Origin: Nanobdellota archaeon
Lineage (GTDB): Archaea > Nanobdellota > Nanobdellia > Pacearchaeales > GW2011-AR1
DNA: 61,596 bases
Assembly: GCA_038045445.1 (NCBI GenBank)
Contig: JBBSYC010000003.1
Location: 1 to 61,596, forward strand
Reading direction: 5' to 3'
Shown here: piece by piece, positions 1-8,080 of the stretch
Layout: each line of letters opens with the position of its first letter
Numbering within the stretch: the first letter of the stretch is position 1
The notes under the pieces: generated by a model
Told to the model about the DNA's origin: nothing
The model's database searches: none
What the model saw: the letters and a program-made list of their open reading frames with translations, nothing else
Position numbers and translations under genes: made by a program

Positions 1-144
1 TACAATTAGAGATATTTATAGTTTATAAAACCTCTCTAAATAGGGTCACTCTCTTTTTTCTATCTAACTATTGTAATTACTTTATAGTTAATTTATAGTT
101 AATTTATTTTCAATTTTATAAAATATCCACTATTAAACAAAAAT

Positions 145-2682
145 TCAAACTTTAACTTCTTCATCTGGAACAAGAACAACATCTGCAATCTTATCACCTT
201 CTTTAAGCTTGACAACCCTTACTCCTTGTGTAGCTCTTCCCATTTCACGAAGTTCATCAACAGAAATCCTAACAACCATTCCTTGTTTTGTAGTCACAAT
301 TATAGAACTATCATCAGTAACAGGCAAAGAACGCACAACACTCCCATTCTTATCTTCCGTTCTAATATTAATTACACCCTTCCCTCCACGACCAGTCAAT
401 CTATATTCATCAAGAGCACTTCTCTTTCCATACCCTTTATCTGTAACGGTCAATATTGAAGTCTTTTCAGGATTTTTTACAGGCACGGGCACAAGAGAAA
501 CAACTTCATCTTTTGTATTAAGTTCAATTCCCCTCACACCATAACTAGCGCGACCCATCTGACGAACATCATCAGCATCAAAGCGTATAGCTTTTCCATC
601 AGTAGTTGTAATCAAGACCTCTTGCTTATCCGAAACGCGCATTACACTAATCAACAAATCAGAACCATCAAGAGGCATATTCATTACACGAACACCTGTC
701 GCTCGAGGCTTAGAAACATCCGAAACAGCTATTTTCTTTACAATTCCAAGTTTAGTTACAAACATCAGATACCCTTTGTCAAAATCTGAAACAGACATTA
801 CACTTGCAACAGCTTCATCTCTTAAATCAAGAACATTTACTAAAGCCTTTCCTTTACTCTGTCTTTCAGAAGCAGGAACATCATTTGCTTTCAACCAATA
901 TAAACGACCCCTAGTTGTAAAGAATAATAAATGGTCATGAGTTGAACAACTAATCATACTAGTAACAAAATCTTCTTCCTTCAAATCTGTTCCAGTCACT
1001 CCCACGCCTCCACGTCTTTGTTCCTTATAAGACTTCAAATCAACACGTTTAATATATCCAGAGTTAGTTATCATTACAACTACATCTTTTTTCTCAACTA
1101 AATCTTGTTCTGTAATTTCATCTACATTACGTATTACTTTGGTTCTACGGTCATCTCCAAACTTGGATTTAATTTCATTAACTTCCTTTTTTATCACCCT
1201 AAATATTTCTTTTTCATCTCCTAATATCTTCTCAAGTTCTGTAATTAATTCTTTAAGTTTTTTCTCTTCATCTTTTAGTTTATCAGCTTCCAAGTGCGTA
1301 AGTTGTTGTAAGCGAATTTCTAAAACCGCCTTAGCTTGTCTATCAGTCATTTCAAATTTCTTCATGAGACCTTCATGAGCTGCTTTTGTATCAATAGATT
1401 TTCTAATCAATGCAACTACAGCATCAATATCTTTCAAAGCTAAAAGAAGACCCAAAACAAGTTCTAACCTTTCTTGAGCCTTGTTTAAATCAAACTCGCT
1501 TCTTCTACGCACAACAAGCTGGCGGTATTTGACATATTCTCTAATTATATCTAGTAAATTGAGCACTCTAGGTTGTTTACCTACCAAAGCAAGTAGATTA
1601 GCATCAAAACTAGTTTGTATATTTGTCATTTTATACAATTGGTTCATTGTAAATTTAGGGTCAACTCCCTTCTTTAATTCTATAACAATTCTTACTTTAC
1701 CCCGGGCAGATTCATCCCTTAAATCAGAAATATCAGGTAATTTTTTTTCAGTTGCAAGTTGAGCAATATTCTTTACAAGGTCTGCCTTGTTCACCATGTA
1801 GGGGATTTCTGTAATTATAATAGAACTTTTTCCTTTTTTATCTTCTTCAATTTCACTTCTAGCACGTATGATTATTTTTCCCTTACCATTTCTATACATT
1901 TCTTTAATTCCAGGACCAGTAATCAAACCACCAGTAGGGAAATCAGGCCCTTTAACAATTCCAATCAAATCATCAACAACACAATTAGGATTTTCTATAA
2001 AATGAATAACAGCATCAGAAATTTCAGTTAAATTATGCGGGGGAATATTTGTGGCCATTCCCACTGCAATACCTGTTGCTCCATTCAATAAAAGATTAGG
2101 TAGTTTAGCAGGAAGAGTTTCAGGTTCTTTCAAATCATTAGAGAAATTAGGTCTCATCTTAACAGTATCTTTTTCAATGTCTGCAAGTAATTCTTCAGAT
2201 ATTTTACTTAGCTTGGCCTCTGTATACCTATCGGCTGCGGGCGAGTCCCCATCCAAATTCCCAAAATTTCCCTGTCCATGAACTAAAGGATAACGTAAAG
2301 AGAAATCTTGAGCCATACGTACAAGCGAATCGTAAATTGCTAAGTTTCCATGAGGGTGATAATTGCCCATTGTTTCCCCAACAATCTTAGCACATTTACG
2401 AGTAGGTTTGCTGAAGTCTAAACCCATAACATTCATAGCGTAAAGAATTCTTCTATGTACTGGCTTAAGACCATCCTCTACAGAAGGCAGAGCCCTATCA
2501 ACAATAACTGACATCGCATAGTCAATGAAGGCTTGCTCCATCTCTTCTACAATTTCAGCGCCAAAGACTCCCTTCTCGTCACCTATCTGTTCTTTCTCGC
2601 GTCTCTTTTGTTCAGCCTTAGTTACTTCCTCTTCAGCCATCTCTTCTTTCTTTCCATTCTCATTATTTTCTTCTTCACTCAT
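145..2682 (-). CDS. gyrA: DNA gyrase subunit A
   Basis: The 858-aa ORF spans 145..2721. It has a GyrA N-terminal region ([36 protein letters not shown] active-site Tyr region) and C-terminal repeated beta-pinwheel blades. I placed the start at ATG 2680-2682 (MSEEEN), which overlaps the stop of the upstream small ORF. ATG 2721 is the alternative. Confidence 0.93.
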   Translation of the reverse strand: MSEEENNENGKKEEMAEEEVTKAEQKRREKEQIGDEKGVFGAEIVEEMEQAFIDYAMSVIVDRALPSVEDGLKPVHRRILYAMNVMGLDFSKPTRKCAKIVGETMGNYHPHGNLAIYDSLVRMAQDFSLRYPLVHGQGNFGNLDGDSPAADRYTEAKLSKISEELLADIEKDTVKMRPNFSNDLKEPETLPAKLPNLLLNGATGIAVGMATNIPPHNLTEISDAVIHFIENPNCVVDDLIGIVKGPDFPTGGLITGPGIKEMYRNGKGKIIIRARSEIEEDKKGKSSIIITEIPYMVNKADLVKNIAQLATEKKLPDISDLRDESARGKVRIVIELKKGVDPKFTMNQLYKMTNIQTSFDANLLALVGKQPRVLNLLDIIREYVKYRQLVVRRRSEFDLNKAQERLELVLGLLLALKDIDAVVALIRKSIDTKAAHEGLMKKFEMTDRQAKAVLEIRLQQLTHLEADKLKDEEKKLKELITELEKILGDEKEIFRVIKKEVNEIKSKFGDDRRTKVIRNVDEITEQDLVEKKDVVVMITNSGYIKRVDLKSYKEQRRGGVGVTGTDLKEEDFVTSMISCSTHDHLLFFTTRGRLYWLKANDVPASERQSKGKALVNVLDLRDEAVASVMSVSDFDKGYLMFVTKLGIVKKIAVSDVSKPRATGVRVMNMPLDGSDLLISVMRVSDKQEVLITTTDGKAIRFDADDVRQMGRASYGVRGIELNTKDEVVSLVPVPVKNPEKTSILTVTDKGYGKRSALDEYRLTGRGGKGVINIRTEDKNGSVVRSLPVTDDSSIIVTTKQGMVVRISVDELREMGRATQGVRVVKLKEGDKIADVVLVPDEEVKV

Positions 2683-2890
2683 GTTTAATTTCCTCCACCT
2701 GATGCCCCTCATTATCTTCATCCGAATAATTAACTGACAAGTCTAGATCAGAGGCAAGAGGAAATTGAACATTTGTCTTATGTTCTTTCAATTCCATCAA
2801 ATGTGCAATCATCTCATCTATCTCACTTTCACTAAGAGTAACATCGATTACTTCAATTTCTTCATTTGTTTCTTCAATTTCTTCAGCCAT
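2675..2890 (-). CDS. small highly acidic protein (71 aa) encoded between gyrB and gyrA
   Basis: The ATG at 2888-2890 lies 1 nt after the gyrB stop (TAA 2892-2894). Its TGA stop (2675-2677) overlaps the gyrA ATG (2680-2682). Of 71 residues, 23 are Asp/Glu, 3 are Lys and none is Arg. I recognise no family. Confidence 0.5.
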   Translation of the reverse strand: MAEEIEETNEEIEVIDVTLSESEIDEMIAHLMELKEHKTNVQFPLASDLDLSVNYSDEDNEGHQVEEIKHE

Positions 2891-2891
2891 C

Positions 2892-4781
2892 TTAAATATC
2901 AATTTGCGCCTCACTCGCTCTTTCTGCAATGAATTGCTTTCTATGTTCAACTTCGTCCCCCATCAATTTAGAAAATACTTCATCAGCTTTAACTCCATCT
3001 TCAATTGTAACTTTCTTGAGCATTCTTGTTTTAGGATTCATTGTAGTATCCCATAATTGTTCTGCATTCATTTCTCCTAGACCTTTAAATCTTTGAACAT
3101 CCACATTGCTCCCAAGTTTAGCTAATAAATCTTTTAATTCTTTATCAGAATAAACGTAATGATCTCCACGTTTACGAGCTCTATAAAGAGGAGAAACAGC
3201 GATATAAATATGCCCATTTTCAATTAACTTCGGAGTAAATCTAAAGAAGAAAGTAAGCAAAAGGGTTCTAATGTGAGCTCCATCTACATCTGCATCCGTC
3301 ATAATTATTATCTTAGAATATCTCAATCTAGAAATATCGAATTGATCGTTAATTCCTGCACCCATGGCTGTAATCATATTTGCAATTTCTTCATTAGATA
3401 AAACTTTTACAGGCTGTGCTTTTTCAACATTAAGTATTTTACCCTTTAGAGGCAATATTGCTTGGAATTCTTTGTTCCTAGCTGTTTTTGCCGACCCTCC
3501 AGCTGAATCGCCTTCCACCAAATATAATTCTGTCTCTTCAGTCTTATTTGATGAACAATCGGCAAGTTTTCCAGGTAATCCTCCGACAGAGAAAGCATTT
3601 TTCCTTCTAACAAGTTCTTTTGCTTTTTTTGCAGCGGCGCGTGCTTTCTGTCCTTCAATAGCTTTGTCAACAATTTTCCTAGCAACTTGAGGGTTCTCCT
3701 CAAAGAATTCAGACATAGCAAGCATGCAGACACTATCCACAATTCCCTTGACATCGCTGTTTCCAAGTTTTGTTTTAGTTTGGCCTTCAAACTGTGGTTC
3801 AGGAACCTTAACAGAGATAATTGCAGTCAAACCCTCTCGAACATCATCTCCAGTAACATTTCCATCCTTTAGTAATTTGTTCTTATTTCCATAATCATTT
3901 ATTGCTCTAGTCAATGCAGTCTTGAAACCAACAACATGAGTTCCACCCTCAATTGTATTAATTGTATTTACAAAACTCAAAACATTTTCTTGATAACCAT
4001 CATTATACTGAACAGCACATTCAACAAAAGTCTTATCCTGTTCTTTCATAAAGTAAACAGGTTTAGTGTGTATGACAGTCCTTGTTCTATTTACCCATTT
4101 CACAAAGTCAATCAATCCGCCTTCAGCACTAAATACTTCTTTCTTATTTGTTATTTTATCTGTCAGGCTTATTTTAACACCTTTGTTCAAAAAGGCAATC
4201 TCTCGAAAACGAGTCTCCAAAACAGAAAAATCAAACTTAGTAGTTGAAAAAATAGTTTCATCCGGAGTAAATGTAATTGTTGTCCCTGTCTGCTTCTTAT
4301 CACAATCTCCAATAGTCTTCAATTTATAAATCGGCTTGCCTATTTCATACTCTTGCTGATATATTTTCCCATCCCTCTTAACAACAACCTTAAATGCCTT
4401 GGATAATGCGGCAACTACGCTTATTCCAACTCCGTGAAGTCCTCCTGAAATCTTGTAACTTCCCTTGTCAAATTTTCCCCCTGCATGAAGCTTTGTAATT
4501 ACAACTTCAACAGTTGGAATCTTGTAAACTGGATGAGGATCAACAGGGATTCCTCTTCCATTATCTTCAACAGTTACACTTCCATCTGCGTTAAGAGTAA
4601 TATCAATAGTATCTGCATAACCAGCCATTGCTTCATCAACAGAGTTATCAACTATTTCATCAACAAGTTTGTGCAGACCGTATTTACTTGTGCTACCTAT
4701 ATACATACTAGGTCTATGTCTTACTCCCTCTAATCCTTCCAAAACCTTGATATTTTCACCCGTATAACCTTTTTCACTCAT
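2892..4781 (-). CDS. gyrB: DNA gyrase subunit B
   Basis: 629 aa with GHKL ATPase and Toprim motifs (VDEIVDNSVDEA, GGLHGVGISVV, LYLVEGDSAGGSAK, PLKGKILNVEKA, IIIMTDADVDGAHI). Confidence 0.95.
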   Translation of the reverse strand: MSEKGYTGENIKVLEGLEGVRHRPSMYIGSTSKYGLHKLVDEIVDNSVDEAMAGYADTIDITLNADGSVTVEDNGRGIPVDPHPVYKIPTVEVVITKLHAGGKFDKGSYKISGGLHGVGISVVAALSKAFKVVVKRDGKIYQQEYEIGKPIYKLKTIGDCDKKQTGTTITFTPDETIFSTTKFDFSVLETRFREIAFLNKGVKISLTDKITNKKEVFSAEGGLIDFVKWVNRTRTVIHTKPVYFMKEQDKTFVECAVQYNDGYQENVLSFVNTINTIEGGTHVVGFKTALTRAINDYGNKNKLLKDGNVTGDDVREGLTAIISVKVPEPQFEGQTKTKLGNSDVKGIVDSVCMLAMSEFFEENPQVARKIVDKAIEGQKARAAAKKAKELVRRKNAFSVGGLPGKLADCSSNKTEETELYLVEGDSAGGSAKTARNKEFQAILPLKGKILNVEKAQPVKVLSNEEIANMITAMGAGINDQFDISRLRYSKIIIMTDADVDGAHIRTLLLTFFFRFTPKLIENGHIYIAVSPLYRARKRGDHYVYSDKELKDLLAKLGSNVDVQRFKGLGEMNAEQLWDTTMNPKTRMLKKVTIEDGVKADEVFSKLMGDEVEHRKQFIAERASEAQIDI

Positions 4782-4962
4782 ATTTTATGAAAAAGAAAAC
4801 CCCCTTTATAAACTTTTATGCTGAAAAGTAGATTTTTACCGACGATAAAATGTATTCGTTAAAATAGTAAAAATCCAAGTAAAACCAAACAAAAACATTT
4901 TACAACTACTGTTTAATGACATAAATACAAAGATTTAAAAGGTCATTAGATTCAGAGAAAAT

Positions 4963-5514
4963 ATGATAACCTTTGAATTTCAAGACTTAAAAGAATTGAA
5001 AAGAAGATTGACTAATCAGAGAGAGAGAGATATAGATAAAATAGCCAAAATTCTTGGTGAAGGCAATGAATGGAAACAAACTCTAAAAAGTACAAATCCC
5101 CCTCAACCTTGGTATGTGCATTGTGGAAGCATTTCATTAATTGAGCCTTTAGAAAGTGTCGATATACACTTTAACTCAAATGGCGAATTTTATTGGGGAA
5201 ATGCAAAATTAGAACCAAAACCAGGTGAAAGAATAAGACTTCCTGATATTGATAATTCTATCGGGGACGAAGATACAAAAACTATTGTCCTTGACAGAGA
5301 ATCCATGTTTAGCATCGCTAAATCATCTTCAAGTAGTGGATTATTATATCTTTCATTTGGAGATGCAGGCACAAAAAGAAGACCCGTAAAAGCATCAGAT
5401 GATGAATTTGAGAGGGACTTAAGAACATTCACAGGCTTAATTGGAAAAGTAGTGAATGCACAATATCCAGAAGGAAATGCTCCAAACATAAATTATTACC
5501 TCAATCCTTCTTAA
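4963..5514 (+). CDS. hypothetical protein
   Basis: 183-aa ORF with an ATG start, in a gap with no competing ORF of comparable coding look. No recognisable motifs. Confidence 0.5.
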   Translation: MITFEFQDLKELKRRLTNQRERDIDKIAKILGEGNEWKQTLKSTNPPQPWYVHCGSISLIEPLESVDIHFNSNGEFYWGNAKLEPKPGERIRLPDIDNSIGDEDTKTIVLDRESMFSIAKSSSSSGLLYLSFGDAGTKRRPVKASDDEFERDLRTFTGLIGKVVNAQYPEGNAPNINYYLNPS

Positions 5515-5538
5515 AATTAAATGCGATTAAAGAATAAT

Positions 5539-5736
5539 TTACTTCTTCTTCACAACTTTATGCACGTTTCTATAAGCCTCTGTCCAACTTACACGCTTCC
5601 TATCTCTCTTAAGTTTTAAATGACTCTTCCTGCATTTTGAACTGCAATAATAATTCGTGCTTCCATCGTTCTTGAACAAGTAAGTTCCCCTGAAATCTTC
5701 CTGTTCACAACCACAAAAAGAACATTTTGCAATCAT
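5539..5736 (-). CDS. rpl24e: 50S ribosomal protein L24e
   Basis: 65 aa with a zinc-ribbon pattern (CSFCG...CSSKC). It is the last gene of the conserved archaeal L7Ae-S28e-L24e arrangement. Confidence 0.85.
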   Translation of the reverse strand: MIAKCSFCGCEQEDFRGTYLFKNDGSTNYYCSSKCRKSHLKLKRDRKRVSWTEAYRNVHKVVKKK

Positions 5737-5857
5737 GTTTAATTTCTTCCCTCTAATGCGAATGTAGATGAGCAGTTAGAAATTAAACAGACAGAAACTT
5801 TCATCAGACAAGTTTCTGTATCTGAAAATTTCTTATTAATTAGTAAAATTTTCATGT

Positions 5858-6151
5858 TCATGAGTGTGCTCCTTTTGTAGCTCCTTTTACACGTCGAGCC
5901 TCAATTTCAGTTTCTCTTAATGTAATCAAATCTCCCAAACGAACAGGACCCTTAACATTTCTCCTCATTTCCTTTCCAGAATTCTTTCCCTCTAAAATTT
6001 TGCATTCTACTTGAGTAATCTCGCCTCTTGCTCCAGTTCTGAGAATAAGCTTCTGAATAACCGCTTTTACAGGAGCCTCATTAGATAATCTCTTGGAAGG
6101 GGTAGAAACATTCGAAACTTCCTTGGTCTTTTGAGGTTTGCTTTCACCCAT
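5858..6151 (-). CDS. rps28e: 30S ribosomal protein S28e (with N- and C-terminal extensions)
   Basis: Core sequence TGARGEITQVECKILEGK...RNVKGPVRLGDLITLRETEIEARR matches the S28e signature. It carries about 25 extra Lys/Ser-rich N-terminal residues and a short C-terminal tail. Confidence 0.85.
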   Translation of the reverse strand: MGESKPQKTKEVSNVSTPSKRLSNEAPVKAVIQKLILRTGARGEITQVECKILEGKNSGKEMRRNVKGPVRLGDLITLRETEIEARRVKGATKGAHS

Positions 6152-6153
6152 TA

Positions 6154-6468
6154 TTACTTGCCTCTTGTTTTACTCAATGACTGTAACTCTTTATCAGTCT
6201 CTCCAGCATCAATTATTGCAACAGCGCTAGTAGAGACAGGAATACCAACAGCAACACCCAATTTTTGTTTAGAATCGACTTCAAAACAAGGGATATTTTT
6301 TTCTTTAGAAATTACAGCTAGATGCGCAACAATCTCCTTAGGGCTCACATCCGTAGCATAAAAAACAGCCTTAGCAACTCCTCTTTCTATTGCCTTGGTA
6401 ACCTCGTTAGTTCCCTTGTCAACTTTTCCAGTTTTCCTTGCCTTTTCAATTATCGAGTAGTAATCCAT
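6154..6468 (-). CDS. rpl7ae: 50S ribosomal protein L7Ae
   Basis: 104 aa with the L7Ae/L30e signature (KGTNEVTKAIERGVAKAVFYATDVSPKEIVAHL). The start of rps28e lies 2 nt beyond its stop. Confidence 0.9.
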   Translation of the reverse strand: MDYYSIIEKARKTGKVDKGTNEVTKAIERGVAKAVFYATDVSPKEIVAHLAVISKEKNIPCFEVDSKQKLGVAVGIPVSTSAVAIIDAGETDKELQSLSKTRGK

Positions 6469-6495
6469 TTTTGTTCGTGCAATGAAAAAGAGTAA

Positions 6496-6513
6496 GCCTC
6501 ATAAGTCATTGGC
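6496..6513 (-). promoter_or_regulatory. candidate K-loop/K-turn in the L7Ae 5' leader
   Basis: The minus-strand RNA reads GCC-AAU-GA-CUUAU-GA-GGC. That is a 3-bp canonical stem, a 3-nt bulge, and tandem GA/GA positioned for sheared G-A pairs closed by a 5-nt loop. It sits 27 nt upstream of the rpl7ae ATG. Confidence 0.45.
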
Positions 6514-6537
6514 ATGATTGTGTAAAAATATGAGTAT

Positions 6538-6565
6538 ATAAACTTTACTTAGAAGTAAAGTTTAT
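6538..6565. repeat. perfect 13-bp inverted repeat (ATAAACTTTACTT-AG-AAGTAAAGTTTAT)
   Basis: Read directly from the sequence. It lies between the stop of the HTTM gene and the rpl7ae leader, so it could be a terminator hairpin or an operator. Confidence 0.6.
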
Positions 6566-6613
6566 GAGTATTAACTCCATCAACTTAGTATAAATGTTAC
6601 TCTGAAAATAAGT

Positions 6614-8059
6614 TCATGTATTACAATCAACCTCTTCCAAAACAACTTCTTTAATAGGTTCTATTTTGTAATCAGGACCAGTTACTTCGAGCATAAATAT
6701 AAGTTTAACATGCCCTATATCTTCGTCGTGTTCTTTATTCCAATTATAACATAAATAATTCAAATAATAAGACCTATGATGTGAATAACCCCCATCCCAC
6801 AAATTCATTAAATACTTTCTCCATCTTTCGTGTTTATATAAAGCCGCAACATGCCCGGGTTTTTCATAATTGACAACTTGTCCTTCTCTAAGTAAATCTA
6901 TTTTAACACCATTGTCAAAAGCCCCTTCTGCAACATACCACCCATCATCTTTAAGAGGAAATGGTGAAAACATATTCCAGTATTGATCTATTCTAAGCAA
7001 TTGAGCAACAAATTCTATCTTGTCAGGCACAGCATTGTTCCCAAGTGTCTGAATGTTCCAGAACAAAATATAAATTATAAAGAAAAAGGCAAAGAAATTT
7101 AAGATATATTTAAGATATCTTTCTTTATAATCTCTGTTAATAAAATTAATTGGAGCGTGCTTGGTTTTAAACAAATATCTCTTATTAGATAATTTATCCC
7201 AAAATACTGAAGGTAAAAATAATATAAATGCTGTCAAACCAACAAAAGGAAAGTGGCCAAGACGTAGAGATAAAGCCATTCCCCCTAATAATATAATAAA
7301 AGCAAATGTAGCGGTCAATCTAACCTTCTTAAAATAAAATGGAAAAAATAATAAAATTGGACCAATAAGTTCTAAAAAATAAGTAAAATAAGTTAATCCG
7401 ATCATAATGGCAGGAAAACCTAGCAAGAATTTCCCAAAATAAGTTACAAATTGGTCTAGTTGTAATGCATAATAAATAGCAGTTCCATTGGGAATCCATT
7501 CATTTCCAGTTTTTAAGAGCGCAGAGAAAAAATAAACAAAAGCAACTTGAAATAGTATTCCTGCTGTTCCAAATGATAAAATATTCTTTCCACAATTTTT
7601 AACCTTACAAAATTTAGCATCAAGAGAATACCTTAAGTTAAGAGGAATGAACATCGCCCAAAAAACAAGAACACGAAGCATTATATCTCCTCCTTGTAAT
7701 ATTGTAGGGTTTCGTGAATGAAGAGATATAAGCATAAACCAAGATAATATTGTAGCAAGTTTGGTTTGGTATCCAATTAATAAACAAACAGCAAAAATGC
7801 CAGCAATAATAAATAAAATAGACTCAAACAAAGGGCTTCCATTCAAAGTGTGTATTGAAATCCAACTAGTCTCTAGATAATTATTAAAATAAAAACTCAA
7901 TGGCAACGTACCAAAATCAGTATAATGTGCAATCAAAGCAAAAGATCTTACAATTAAATCAAAAATTAAGAGCAAAGCAATACAAATACGAAATAAAGCA
8001 AGAGCGCGAGCATCAATACAAAAAACATTTTTAATATAATCTTTAATTTCGTAAATCAT
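6614..8059 (-). CDS. HTTM (vitamin K-dependent gamma-carboxylase-like) domain membrane protein
   Basis: 481 aa and polytopic. The N-terminus (ALALFRICIALLLIFDLIVR...AHYTDFGTLP) is typical of HTTM domain proteins. It lies 21 nt downstream of the giant secreted protein gene on the same strand. Confidence 0.7.
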   Translation of the reverse strand: MIYEIKDYIKNVFCIDARALALFRICIALLLIFDLIVRSFALIAHYTDFGTLPLSFYFNNYLETSWISIHTLNGSPLFESILFIIAGIFAVCLLIGYQTKLATILSWFMLISLHSRNPTILQGGDIMLRVLVFWAMFIPLNLRYSLDAKFCKVKNCGKNILSFGTAGILFQVAFVYFFSALLKTGNEWIPNGTAIYYALQLDQFVTYFGKFLLGFPAIMIGLTYFTYFLELIGPILLFFPFYFKKVRLTATFAFIILLGGMALSLRLGHFPFVGLTAFILFLPSVFWDKLSNKRYLFKTKHAPINFINRDYKERYLKYILNFFAFFFIIYILFWNIQTLGNNAVPDKIEFVAQLLRIDQYWNMFSPFPLKDDGWYVAEGAFDNGVKIDLLREGQVVNYEKPGHVAALYKHERWRKYLMNLWDGGYSHHRSYYLNYLCYNWNKEHDEDIGHVKLIFMLEVTGPDYKIEPIKEVVLEEVDCNT

Positions 8060-8080
8060 CGTCGATAAAATTAAATATAC

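Noticed and set aside
81-107. Tandem duplication of TTTATAGTTAA downstream of gyrA.
   Set aside because: There are only two copies plus a partial one in AT-rich non-coding DNA. It is most likely replication slippage without function.
209-4733. Many 60-110-aa ORFs antisense to or out of frame with gyrA and gyrB (for example 209-544, 1481-1762, 3364-3690, 3936-4247).
   Set aside because: They lie entirely inside strongly supported gyrase genes. Their Ser/Phe/Ile-rich low-complexity translations are typical of the reverse strand of AT-rich genes, and they have no motifs.
5737-5857. Box C/D sRNA in the S28e-L24e spacer, suggested by CUGAUGA in the hairpin loop.
   Set aside because: There is no upstream RUGAUGA C box or downstream CUGA D box at appropriate spacing, and the CUGA and UGAUGA overlap. 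I treat it as a plain hairpin only.
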